A DNA stretch of 34,335 nucleotides, taken from assembly GCA_964593285.1 (NCBI GenBank), contig CAZQHZ010000014.1, forward strand, positions 1 to 34,335, written 5' to 3'. The position numbers were made by a program, and so were the translations under genes. The DNA is from an uncultured Methanosarcinales archaeon (GTDB taxonomy: Archaea > Nanobdellota > Nanobdellia > Woesearchaeales > DSVV01). The notes below the pieces were generated by a model. It ran no database searches. It was not told where the DNA came from and saw nothing but the letters and a program-made list of their open reading frames with translations. This document shows, one piece after another, positions 1 through 10,198 of this stretch (position 1 is its first letter; the number at the start of each line of letters is the position of its first letter).

Positions 1-47
1 ATGGGACTGTGGATCCCATAGTTCGAGTTCAAATCTCGGCAGTCGCC
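1..47 (+). tRNA. tRNA-His(GTG), 3' part (5' end lies outside the window)
   Basis: Anticodon arm TGGGA-CTGTGGA-TCCCA, T arm TCGAG-TTCAAAT-CTCGG, acceptor 3' strand CAGTCGC plus C discriminator, followed by a T run. Confidence 0.9.
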
Positions 48-59
48 CTTTTTTAAAAA

Positions 60-1664
60 TTAATAACTATATACCTTCCATGAAATAGCATCTTCTGACA
101 TTTGTGACCTATAATTTTTTTGAAGATGAACTAATGCTGAATAATTTTCTGGTAAAAAATGTTTAATTGCATGTGTTAATCCATTCATTTCTCTTGAACA
201 ATTTTTATTATGAGAAGTTACATCTACTTGATATGGATCACCCATAATTACTGCTTTTGAACCAAGTCCTACCCTCTCAATAATAGTTTTAAGCTCATAC
301 GGTGTAAAATTTTGTGCTTCATCTACTAATACCAAAGTATCTTTAAAAGACCTCCCACGCATAACGCCTGAATAAGTCATTTCAAAAGCTTCAGAATTGC
401 CAGGTAAATGAGCGTGCTTATTTATTTTTCCAACCTCATTTCTTTTCTTAAAATATTGATTATCCCACCTTGGATGAGCTAGTAATTCTTCAAATCTAAA
501 TTGTTCATATAAATTAGACTCTTTATGTGCATCAATATAGGGTTCTAAATGTGGTTTTAATTTTTCAAACATATCACCTGGTAAAAAACCAATATCCCGA
601 TTATTCAGTAAATTATTTGGTTTTAATAAAACAATATTATTAAATTTACTTTTTTTTTGATTATTTTTTAAATCTAAACCATATCCTTTTTCTTTAGCAA
701 TGTTACTATCATACCATAAAACTTGATCAATAGCTGCAACATAACTTAATAATGTTTTTCCAGAACCTTGTGAACCTGTAAGAAAAAAAGTTGTAACATC
801 TTCATCAAACAACCCATATTGAAGAGCTAAATATTGTTCCATGTCCAATGGTTTAATTCCCAAAATGTCTTCATAAACAATATTTCCCATTTTTATTTTT
901 TTATTATACTCTGAATTTTTAAGAAGCTTGACTTTTGGATTTTTATAATCAACTATTTTTCCAAGTGAAGAGCGAACCACTTCTCCAACTACTTTTGCAT
1001 AATTGTCTTGCTCCCCCCTAATACATATAAATTGATTTGGATATAATTTCCCATCTTCTGGATTTAATAAATCAATTGCTTGATTTAATGACATTTCACC
1101 ATTTTTTGAAGAATAAATTTTTTCTGCAAATTTATTAGATCCAACAAGTATTCCTTTTTTGACAATATTTGCATCAACAAGCAAAAAATTAGGTTTATCC
1201 ACAATTAAACCATCATATTCTAAAAGTAATCTTTCTTCTACCACATTAGATATAAACTTAGGTCTACCCATAGATGAATCTTTATCAACAGAAGTCCAAA
1301 AAGAATTAATTTTAGATTCTAAATTTTTAAAAGAGTTTTTATTAAAATCTGAATTTTTCATTACTGCAACATCTAATTTATTTAAAATATTATAATTTAT
1401 ATAATCTTCATTTGATTCATTATAATTTATTTTATTTTTGTTTTCATCTAAATAATCCAAAAATTCTTTAGCACCAAGAGAATTATTTCTTCTCAATTCA
1501 CCTAATTCAGAAATTATACCAGGATATAAAACAAGAAGATTTTTATAATTAGAAGATGATTTTGCTTCAAAATTTTTAAATAATTCAGTAGGACCTGCTA
1601 AATGAATTGTATCTTTTTGAGGAACAAATATATTATTATATTTTTTAAGTTTATTTTTAGTCAA
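60..1664 (-). CDS. PhoH-family ATPase with N-terminal degenerate PIN-like region (PhoH2-like)
   Basis: Walker A GSQGSGKT, IGFLPGD, MRGRSF, LVDEAQN, MGDPYQVD and NYRS motifs of PhoH; TTG start with AGGTGA SD. Confidence 0.88.
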   Translation of the reverse strand: MTKNKLKKYNNIFVPQKDTIHLAGPTELFKNFEAKSSSNYKNLLVLYPGIISELGELRRNNSLGAKEFLDYLDENKNKINYNESNEDYINYNILNKLDVAVMKNSDFNKNSFKNLESKINSFWTSVDKDSSMGRPKFISNVVEERLLLEYDGLIVDKPNFLLVDANIVKKGILVGSNKFAEKIYSSKNGEMSLNQAIDLLNPEDGKLYPNQFICIRGEQDNYAKVVGEVVRSSLGKIVDYKNPKVKLLKNSEYNKKIKMGNIVYEDILGIKPLDMEQYLALQYGLFDEDVTTFFLTGSQGSGKTLLSYVAAIDQVLWYDSNIAKEKGYGLDLKNNQKKSKFNNIVLLKPNNLLNNRDIGFLPGDMFEKLKPHLEPYIDAHKESNLYEQFRFEELLAHPRWDNQYFKKRNEVGKINKHAHLPGNSEAFEMTYSGVMRGRSFKDTLVLVDEAQNFTPYELKTIIERVGLGSKAVIMGDPYQVDVTSHNKNCSREMNGLTHAIKHFLPENYSALVHLQKNYRSQMSEDAISWKVYSY

Positions 1665-1683
1665 TTAAGTCACCTTTAATTTA

Positions 1684-2187
1684 TTATTTAAAAGATTGTA
1701 ATAAAGTATCATAATCATTTAACAAAATATTTTTATTACCTTTAAATGCCCCTTTATCAAAAACATTTCGATAAATTTTATCTGCTTTTGATTCAATATA
1801 TGCGCTAAAATTTTTTTCTGCTCTTTTAAATGAATTGTAATTCATTACTTTTTCAAGTAAAATACTTTTAGGTTTTGTTGAATTTCCAACATAAGATAAC
1901 AACGTACTTTCCAAATCCATTAAATTATTTGAAACTTTCCAAGGATCTTTTAGAGTACATTCTTTTATATTTTTTTCCAATGTCTTATAAATATGCTTTG
2001 TTTCATGAAATTTTAATTCTTCATCTGATAAATTTTTATTTGAAGAATCATATGAAATTAATGCTTCAAAAAAACTATAACCAACTATTCTATTAAAATC
2101 AGATTCATTATCTGTACATTTTTTAAGTGAACTAAGCAATGAAAATAATTGTTTATCTTCTAAATTTGTTTGTTTTTTTTTTACCAT
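1684..2187 (-). CDS. hypothetical protein
   Basis: 167-aa ORF co-oriented just upstream of the PhoH gene; no recognised motif. Confidence 0.6.
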   Translation of the reverse strand: MVKKKQTNLEDKQLFSLLSSLKKCTDNESDFNRIVGYSFFEALISYDSSNKNLSDEELKFHETKHIYKTLEKNIKECTLKDPWKVSNNLMDLESTLLSYVGNSTKPKSILLEKVMNYNSFKRAEKNFSAYIESKADKIYRNVFDKGAFKGNKNILLNDYDTLLQSFK

Positions 2188-2284
2188 TTTTAAATATAAC
2201 TTATCGAAAAAATAAATTATGTAAAAAACAACTTTTATTTAAACATTATTATTTTCTAGTAGTCACAAATATGAACGACACCAC

Positions 2285-2298
2285 AAAATTTATAAATA
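2285..2298 (+). promoter_or_regulatory. candidate TATA box of the uS13 operon
   Basis: AAAATTTATAAATA about 25 nt upstream of the leader hairpin at 2322. Confidence 0.45.
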
Positions 2299-2321
2299 AC
2301 TTGTTGGTTCTAAATAAAAAA

Positions 2322-2382
2322 ACAAGAGCCCGAGTTCAACTTTGAGCGCTTAATAGGGTTATCAAAAGAATTCTGCTCTTGT
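2322..2382 (+). promoter_or_regulatory. structured 5' leader hairpin upstream of rps13
   Basis: Nested pairings ACAAGAGC/GCTCTTGT, GAGTTC/GAATTC and TTTGA/TCAAA; GC-richer than its flanks. Confidence 0.5.
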
Positions 2383-2413
2383 AAAATTTAAAAATAAATA
2401 ATTAAAAAAAATT

Positions 2414-2893
2414 ATGTATTATAAAATGGCTGAAAAAAAACAAACCGATGATTTTAGATATTTAGTTAGAATTCAAAATACAGATCTTGAAGGTAAAAAG
2501 AATATAATCTATGGATTAAAAAAAATAAAAGGTGTTGGATTAATTTATGCAAATATGATAGTTAATTTATCAAAAATTGACAAAACTAAAAAAGTAGGTT
2601 ATTTAACAGATGAAGATGTAAAAAAATTAGAAGATGTTATTTTAAATCCAAAAAAATACAATATTCCAGCATGGATGTTTAATAGAAGAAAAGATTATGA
2701 AACAGGAGAAGATAAACATATATTAAATGCAGATCTTGAATTTACCCAAAATAATGATAAACGAAGAATGCAAAAAATTAAATCATACAGAGGTCTTAGA
2801 CTAAGTTGGAATTTAACAGTTAGAGGACAAAGCACAAAAGCTAATTTTAGAAGATCAAAAGGAAAAGGCCTTGGAGTAAAAAAGAAAAAGTAA
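2414..2893 (+). CDS. rps13: 30S ribosomal protein S13 (uS13); start may be the second Met (2426)
   Basis: LKKIKGVG, IPAWMFNRRKD, YRGLR..NLTVRGQSTK motifs; first gene of the conserved S13-S4-S11-rpoD cluster. Confidence 0.97.
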   Translation: MYYKMAEKKQTDDFRYLVRIQNTDLEGKKNIIYGLKKIKGVGLIYANMIVNLSKIDKTKKVGYLTDEDVKKLEDVILNPKKYNIPAWMFNRRKDYETGEDKHILNADLEFTQNNDKRRMQKIKSYRGLRLSWNLTVRGQSTKANFRRSKGKGLGVKKKK

Positions 2894-2899
2894 TTTAAA

Positions 2900-3457
2900 A
2901 TGGGAGATCCAAAAAAACCAAAAAAAAAATATGAAACGCCAAGACATCCTTGGATAAAAGAAGATATTGAAATAGAAAAAAAAATTCTTAATGAATATGG
3001 TTTAAAAAATAAAAGAGAAGTTTGGAAAAATAAATCTAAATTAAGAAAATTTAAAGAATTAAGTAAAAAATATACAGGCATTGATACAAATAAAGCAAAA
3101 GAAGACACTAATGATTTTTTAGACAAATTAAAAAGAGAAGGTATTTTAAAACAAAATCAAGGAATTGATGAAGTATTAGGCCTTGAATTAAAAGATATAT
3201 TAGATAGAAGACTTCAAACATTAGTATATAAAAAAAAATTAGCGTCTTCAATGAAACAAGCAAGACAATTTATTGTGCATAATCACATTAATGTTAATGG
3301 GAAAAAAGTTAATATTCCAGGATATCTTGTTCAAAAAGATGAAGAAGATACAATTGGTTTTAATTTAAAATCTAATCTTCACAGTGATGAAAACTTAGAA
3401 AGAATTAATATTGCAAATAAAAAAGTTAAAAAGATAAAAAATGATCAAAAAAAATAA
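2900..3457 (+). CDS. rps4: 30S ribosomal protein S4 (uS4)
   Basis: [45 protein letters not shown]. Confidence 0.97.
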   Translation: MGDPKKPKKKYETPRHPWIKEDIEIEKKILNEYGLKNKREVWKNKSKLRKFKELSKKYTGIDTNKAKEDTNDFLDKLKREGILKQNQGIDEVLGLELKDILDRRLQTLVYKKKLASSMKQARQFIVHNHINVNGKKVNIPGYLVQKDEEDTIGFNLKSNLHSDENLERINIANKKVKKIKNDQKK

Positions 3458-3869
3458 TCAAAAGGACATATCACATAAAGATGGACTAAAATGGGGAGTT
3501 GCACACATTTATTCATCTTATAATAATACAATCATTCATATTACTGATTTAACAGGTACAGAAACAATAGCTAGAGTTTCTGGTGGAATGGTTGTTAAAG
3601 CAGATCGTTTAGAATCTTCACCAACAGCTGCAATGATTGCTGCAAAACAAGCTGCAGAAACTGCTAAAGAAAAAGGAATTACTGGTGTTCATGTAAAAAT
3701 AAAAGGAAAAGGTGGCCATAATGGTCCAACAAATCCTGGACAAGGAGCACAAGCAGGAGTTAGAGCTTTAGCTAGAATGGGCCTAAGAATTGGAGTTATT
3801 CAAGATTGTACACCTATACCTCATGATGGATGTAGAAAAAAAGGTGGAAAGCGAGGTAGAAGAGTTTAA
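3441..3869 (+). CDS. rps11: 30S ribosomal protein S11 (uS11)
   Basis: [51 protein letters not shown]. Confidence 0.98.
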   Translation: MIKKNNQKDISHKDGLKWGVAHIYSSYNNTIIHITDLTGTETIARVSGGMVVKADRLESSPTAAMIAAKQAAETAKEKGITGVHVKIKGKGGHNGPTNPGQGAQAGVRALARMGLRIGVIQDCTPIPHDGCRKKGGKRGRRV

Positions 3870-3870
3870 A

Positions 3871-4647
3871 ATGGAAATTAGGCTTTTAGAAGAAAAAAAC
3901 AATAAATTAACTTTTATGCTAAATAAAACAAGTGTTGCATATACAAACACAATAAGGAGATTAATTGTAAATCGTGTTTCAACACTTGCAATTGAAAATG
4001 TTGAAATTAAAAAAAATAACTCAGCATTATATGATGAAATTTTAGCACATAGACTAGGTTTAATTCCATTAAAAACTGATTTAAAAAGTTATATTAATAA
4101 AAAAGATTGTAAATGTAAAGATGAGGGCTGTGCTCAATGTGAAGTGAAATTAACACTAAAAGCAAAAGGACCTGGAATTATTAAAGCATCTAGCATAAAA
4201 TCACAAGATCCAAAAATTGTTCCTGTTTTTAAAGAAATGCCTATTGTTAAATTAGAAAAAGAACAAGAAATTGAATTAATTGCAACAGCTATAATAAATA
4301 ATGGAAAAGAACATTCAAAATGGTCACCAGGTCATGTATGGTATACTTACAAACCAAACATTACAATTAATAATAAATCTTCAAAATTAGAAGAATTTAA
4401 AGACAAATATCCAAAAAAAATATTTAATAATGGAATAATTGATAAGAATTTAATAAATACACCTGCATTAATAGATGCATGCGAGGGTGTTTGTGATGAT
4501 ATTATAAAAATTGAATATGAAAAAGAATCATTTATTTTTCATATTGAATCATTTGGACAATTAAAGCCAAAAGAAATGGTTTTAACAGCTATTGAAAAAT
4601 TTGATAGTTTAATAGATGAATTTAATAAAAAATTAAGTAAAATTTAA
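3871..4647 (+). CDS. rpoD: DNA-directed RNA polymerase subunit D (Rpo3)
   Basis: NTIRR, NSALYDEILAHRLGLIPL, GKEHSKWSP, FHIESFGQL; start moved from 3790 to the ATG at 3871, right after the rps11 stop. Confidence 0.96.
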   Translation: MEIRLLEEKNNKLTFMLNKTSVAYTNTIRRLIVNRVSTLAIENVEIKKNNSALYDEILAHRLGLIPLKTDLKSYINKKDCKCKDEGCAQCEVKLTLKAKGPGIIKASSIKSQDPKIVPVFKEMPIVKLEKEQEIELIATAIINNGKEHSKWSPGHVWYTYKPNITINNKSSKLEEFKDKYPKKIFNNGIIDKNLINTPALIDACEGVCDDIIKIEYEKESFIFHIESFGQLKPKEMVLTAIEKFDSLIDEFNKKLSKI

Positions 4648-4662
4648 ACCCTTAGCTTTTAA

Positions 4663-4746
4663 GCGGGGGTGCCGGAGTGGTCAAACGGGCTAGGTTGAGG
4701 GCCTAGTGACTTAGTGTCTGCGCGAGTTCAAACCTCGTCTCCCGCA
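4663..4746 (+). tRNA. tRNA-Leu(GAG)
   Basis: Acceptor GCGGGGG/TCTCCCGC region plus A discriminator, anticodon arm CTAGG-TTGAGGG-CCTAG, long variable arm, T loop TTCAAAC; conserved position between rpoD and eL18. Confidence 0.95.
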
Positions 4747-4780
4747 TTTAATGTTAATTGAAAAAAAATAAAGAAACAAA

Positions 4781-5131
4781 ATGAAAACAAACACATACTT
4801 AAAAGAACTCATAATAAACTTAGATAAGATATCTAAAGATAACAATATCAAATTATGGGCTAAAATTGCAAAAGATTTAAAAAAATCTACTAGAAATAGT
4901 AAAATTATAAATCTAAATAAAATAAATCATTTAACTAAAGAGAATGATGTTGTTGTTGTACCTGGTAAAATTTTAGGTAATGGAGAATTAGAACATAAAT
5001 TAACCATTATTGGACTTAAAATATCATCTCAAGCAAAAGATAAATTAAAACAATCAAAAAGTGAATTTTATTTATTAGATGAAATTATTCAAAAAAATCC
5101 AAAAATAAAAAATGTGAGGATATTAGTATAA
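4781..5131 (+). CDS. rpl18e: 50S ribosomal protein L18e
   Basis: KTN..L..LI, W..IA, INLNKI, VVVPGKILGNG; synteny. Confidence 0.93.
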   Translation: MKTNTYLKELIINLDKISKDNNIKLWAKIAKDLKKSTRNSKIINLNKINHLTKENDVVVVPGKILGNGELEHKLTIIGLKISSQAKDKLKQSKSEFYLLDEIIQKNPKIKNVRILV

Positions 5132-5547
5132 TGATAATCATCAATGCAGAAAATCAAATAATTGGAAGACTTGCTTCATATATAGCTAAAAAAGCATTAC
5201 TTGGAGAAAAAATTGCTGTTGTAAATAGTGAAAAAGCAGTAATTAGTGGAAATAAACAAGAAATATTAGAAAAATATAAAAGAAAAATTAATATTGGAAT
5301 TCCATTAAAAGGACCTTATTTTCCAAAAAAACCAGAATTTATATTAAAAAGAACAATTAGAGGTATGCTTCCATATAAACAAGAAAAAGGACGAAATGCT
5401 CTTGAAAACATAAAATGTTTTTATGGGGTTCCTGAAAAATTTCAAAATAAAAAATATGAAGATTTAAATTTTCATATATCAAAAATTACTAAAACAAAAT
5501 ATTTATCAATTTATGAAATATCAAAAGAATTGGGTGCTAAATTATGA
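5131..5547 (+). CDS. rpl13: 50S ribosomal protein L13 (uL13)
   Basis: GRLASYIAK..LLGE, VNSEKAVISG, KRTIRGMLPYK. Confidence 0.96.
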   Translation: MIIINAENQIIGRLASYIAKKALLGEKIAVVNSEKAVISGNKQEILEKYKRKINIGIPLKGPYFPKKPEFILKRTIRGMLPYKQEKGRNALENIKCFYGVPEKFQNKKYEDLNFHISKITKTKYLSIYEISKELGAKL

Positions 5548-5945
5548 ATAAAATAGTCCATATAAGCGGAACTAGAAAAACAGCTGTTGCAAGAGCTACA
5601 ATAAAACAAGGTAATGGAATAGTTAAAATAGACAAATGTTTATTAGATAATTATAAACCTGAACTTGCAAAAATAAGAATTCAAGAACCATTAATTCTTG
5701 CAGAAAAATTAATAGATAAAATAGACATTAATATTTCTGTCAAAGGTGGAGGATTTATGGCACAAGCTAATGCTATTAGAACTGCAATTGCAAGAGCATT
5801 AGTAGAATATACAAAAAGTGATGCTTTGAAAAAAACATATCTTGACTATGATAGACAATTGTTAGTAGCTGATGTTAGACGTAAAGAAATGAGAAAACCA
5901 AATGATTCAAAAGCACGGGCAAAACGTCAAAAATCATACAGGTGA
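5544..5945 (+). CDS. rps9: 30S ribosomal protein S9 (uS9)
   Basis: GTRKTAVARA, VKGGGFMAQA, YDRQLLVADVRR, ARAKRQKSYR. Confidence 0.97.
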   Translation: MNKIVHISGTRKTAVARATIKQGNGIVKIDKCLLDNYKPELAKIRIQEPLILAEKLIDKIDINISVKGGGFMAQANAIRTAIARALVEYTKSDALKKTYLDYDRQLLVADVRRKEMRKPNDSKARAKRQKSYR

Positions 5946-5952
5946 TTAAAAA

Positions 5953-6150
5953 ATGATACCAATTAGATGCTTTAGTTGTGGAAAACCGATAGGACATTTG
6001 TATGAAGAATACAAAGAAAAAACTAAAAATAATCCAGAAAATAAAGCTAAAGTATTAGATGATTTAGAAATTGATAGATTTTGTTGTAGACAAGTTTTTT
6101 TAACACATGTAGAATTAATTAATTTATCTAGTAAATTTAAAAAAAATTAA
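5953..6150 (+). CDS. rpoN: DNA-directed RNA polymerase subunit N (Rpo10)
   Basis: IPIRCFSCGK and VLDDL..RFCCR zinc motifs. Confidence 0.97.
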   Translation: MIPIRCFSCGKPIGHLYEEYKEKTKNNPENKAKVLDDLEIDRFCCRQVFLTHVELINLSSKFKKN

Positions 6151-6153
6151 TTT

Positions 6154-6567
6154 TTAAAATTCTATTTTTTTATTTAATTGTTTTAAAGAAAATTCTGGTT
6201 TAATCCAATTATACCTATGTTTTTCAAAAGTATAGTTATCATTTGGTTTAAATAAAACACTATTATTTAGATAATCTGTATCTTTCTTATAAAAACATAA
6301 TGAATTATCATTTAATAACAAAATAAAATCATTTTCTGCTTTTAAAATTTCTGTTGAATCTTTATCTTTTTTTTTATTTAATTTTAAAATTTTTTTCTCA
6401 ATCCCACCAAAATTATCATCAATAAATAAAATAGAATTTCTATAATGAGTACAATATATCCCTGCAGCATTATAATTTGGGATAAAAATTGAGAAATAAT
6501 TATCTTTTGGAATAATTATACCAAAAGAATCATGTTTTTTTGAACTTAATGGTTTAATATAGGTCAT
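6154..6567 (-). CDS. hypothetical protein
   Basis: 137-aa ORF convergent on rpoN and downstream of the SRP RNA; no recognised motif. Confidence 0.5.
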   Translation of the reverse strand: MTYIKPLSSKKHDSFGIIIPKDNYFSIFIPNYNAAGIYCTHYRNSILFIDDNFGGIEKKILKLNKKKDKDSTEILKAENDFILLLNDNSLCFYKKDTDYLNNSVLFKPNDNYTFEKHRYNWIKPEFSLKQLNKKIEF

Positions 6568-6606
6568 TTTATATATGTTATTAAAATATTTTATAAAATA
6601 TTAAAA

Positions 6607-6881
6607 ATGACAGGAACGCTTGTATATCGACAATATTATATCAAGTAGCTACCTTAAATCTTTCTCTGTTTTGCTACCCTACAAGCGCCAGCTTAATTAA
6701 TTAAGGCTGCTCCGATCAAGGCCTGACCTGGTTCTTAATTAATCCGACCCTGTAGGACAAAACATCATTGTCCAATTTAAGACTACTTTAATATAATAAA
6801 GCCTTTATACAAGCTTCGGCTCTGCCATATAGACCGTTTGCAGTAATAAGAGAGGTCTAACCTCCCAGCCTATCCTGTCAT
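6607..6881 (-). ncRNA. ffs: signal recognition particle (7S) RNA
   Basis: Minus strand: terminal helix ATGACAGGA/TCCTGTCAT; Alu domain with complementary loops TAGACC/GGTCTA; long helix 5 (GCTTGTATA/TATACAAGC etc.); helix 8 motif CCAGGTCAGGCC..GGAGCAGCC (plus coordinates 6705-6731). Confidence 0.9.
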
Positions 6882-6976
6882 TTCTTATGAAATAATTTAG
6901 GTTTTAAAAAGATTTTGTAAAAATTTCTAAAATCAAAGAAAAATTTATATAGTAGTATAACTAAAATATAACTAAA

Positions 6977-7324
6977 ATGAAAATATTAATAGTTGATGAT
7001 TCTAATTTTATGCGAGTTACTATAAAAAGAATACTTTTAGATATTTCACAAAATGAAATTTATGAAGCTATTAATGAAGATGATGCAATAGAAAAATTTA
7101 ATGAAATTAATCCAGAAATTGTTTTTTTAGATATTATGATGAAAAAAGGTGATGGTGGTATCACCGCCTTAAAAAAAATGAAAGAAATAAATCCAAATGT
7201 AAAAATTGTGATTGTCACTGCTCTAAATAAAGATAATGTTTTAGTTACTAAAGCTTTGAGTGAAGGTGCAAATGGTGTAATAAAAAAACCATTTTCTAAA
7301 GAAGATTTATTATTATATTTATAA
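6977..7324 (+). CDS. stand-alone response regulator receiver domain (CheY-like)
   Basis: KILIVDD, FLDIMM (phospho-acceptor Asp), IVTA, KKPF. Confidence 0.92.
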   Translation: MKILIVDDSNFMRVTIKRILLDISQNEIYEAINEDDAIEKFNEINPEIVFLDIMMKKGDGGITALKKMKEINPNVKIVIVTALNKDNVLVTKALSEGANGVIKKPFSKEDLLLYL

Positions 7325-7380
7325 ATATAAAAATTTATTTTAAAAAAATTATTTCTTAAATTTATTAGAATGATTAAAAA

Positions 7381-7453
7381 AGCACGGGATGGGACTCGAA
7401 CCCATGAATAATCGGGTTGCAGCCGATCGCCTTAGCCGCTTGGCTACCCGTGC
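7381..7453 (-). tRNA. tRNA-Cys(GCA)
   Basis: Reverse complement GCACGGG..CCCGTGC-T; anticodon arm ATCGG-CTGCAAC-CCGAT; T loop TTCGAGT. Confidence 0.95.
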
Positions 7454-7458
7454 ATAAA

Positions 7459-7533
7459 CGGATCTGAAGGGATTCGAACCCTTGATCTACGGCTTAGAAG
7501 GCCGTCGCATTATCCAGACTATGCTACAGATCC
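7459..7533 (-). tRNA. tRNA-Arg(TCT)
   Basis: Reverse complement GGATCTG..CAGATCC-G; anticodon arm ACGGC-CTTCTAA-GCCGT; T loop TTCGAAT; 5 nt upstream of tRNA-Cys. Confidence 0.95.
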
Positions 7534-7697
7534 AATAAAATTAGGAATTATAAGCTTTTTTTAAATGTTTTTATTTGTACAAGTATTAAAATAATTAGAC
7601 TTAATTTTATTATAATTTAATTAAGACCAGTGGACATTCTTGTGTGAAATATATAAATCAAATACACCTATTATATTTTATAACTGAGGTGATAAAT

Positions 7698-7823
7698 ATG
7701 ATAAACATAAATGTTGATTATAACAAAGAATTGTATTGTGATTTATTATTTAACCAAATAAAAAAATTAACTCTCAAAAATACAAAAAATAAAATAAGAG
7801 GTGGTAATAATGGATATTTTTGA
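7698..7823 (+). CDS. small hypothetical protein, 41 aa (MININVDYNKELYCDLLFNQIKKLTLKNTKNKIRGGNNGYF)
   Basis: Strong SD GAGGTGA just upstream of the ATG; below the ORF-track size cutoff. Confidence 0.5.
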   Translation: MININVDYNKELYCDLLFNQIKKLTLKNTKNKIRGGNNGYF

Positions 7824-7929
7824 AGAAATTGAAAAAGAATTAATGGAACAAATAAAGCTAGAAAAAATTAATTATGATTTTAAAAATCAAAATAATTTAA
7901 ATCCAGCAAAAGAAAGTTTAATTATTTAA
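7810..7929 (+). CDS. small hypothetical protein, 39 aa (MDIFEEIEKELMEQIKLEKINYDFKNQNNLNPAKESLII)
   Basis: SD GAGGTGG upstream of the ATG; overlaps the end of the previous sORF. Confidence 0.5.
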   Translation: MDIFEEIEKELMEQIKLEKINYDFKNQNNLNPAKESLII

Positions 7930-7940
7930 TTTTATTTTTT

Positions 7941-10193
<2,253 letters not shown>

Positions 10194-10198
10194 TCTAT

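Noticed and set aside
3790..3870. N-terminal extension of RpoD in the ORF track
   Set aside because: Overlaps rps11; the ATG at 3871 gives a normal subunit D
7797..7823. IRGG-NNGYF at the end of the 41-aa sORF as another Ubl di-glycine
   Set aside because: The GG codons are the SD (GAGGTGG) of the next sORF; the peptide is too short for a beta-grasp fold and far from the E1/E2 locus
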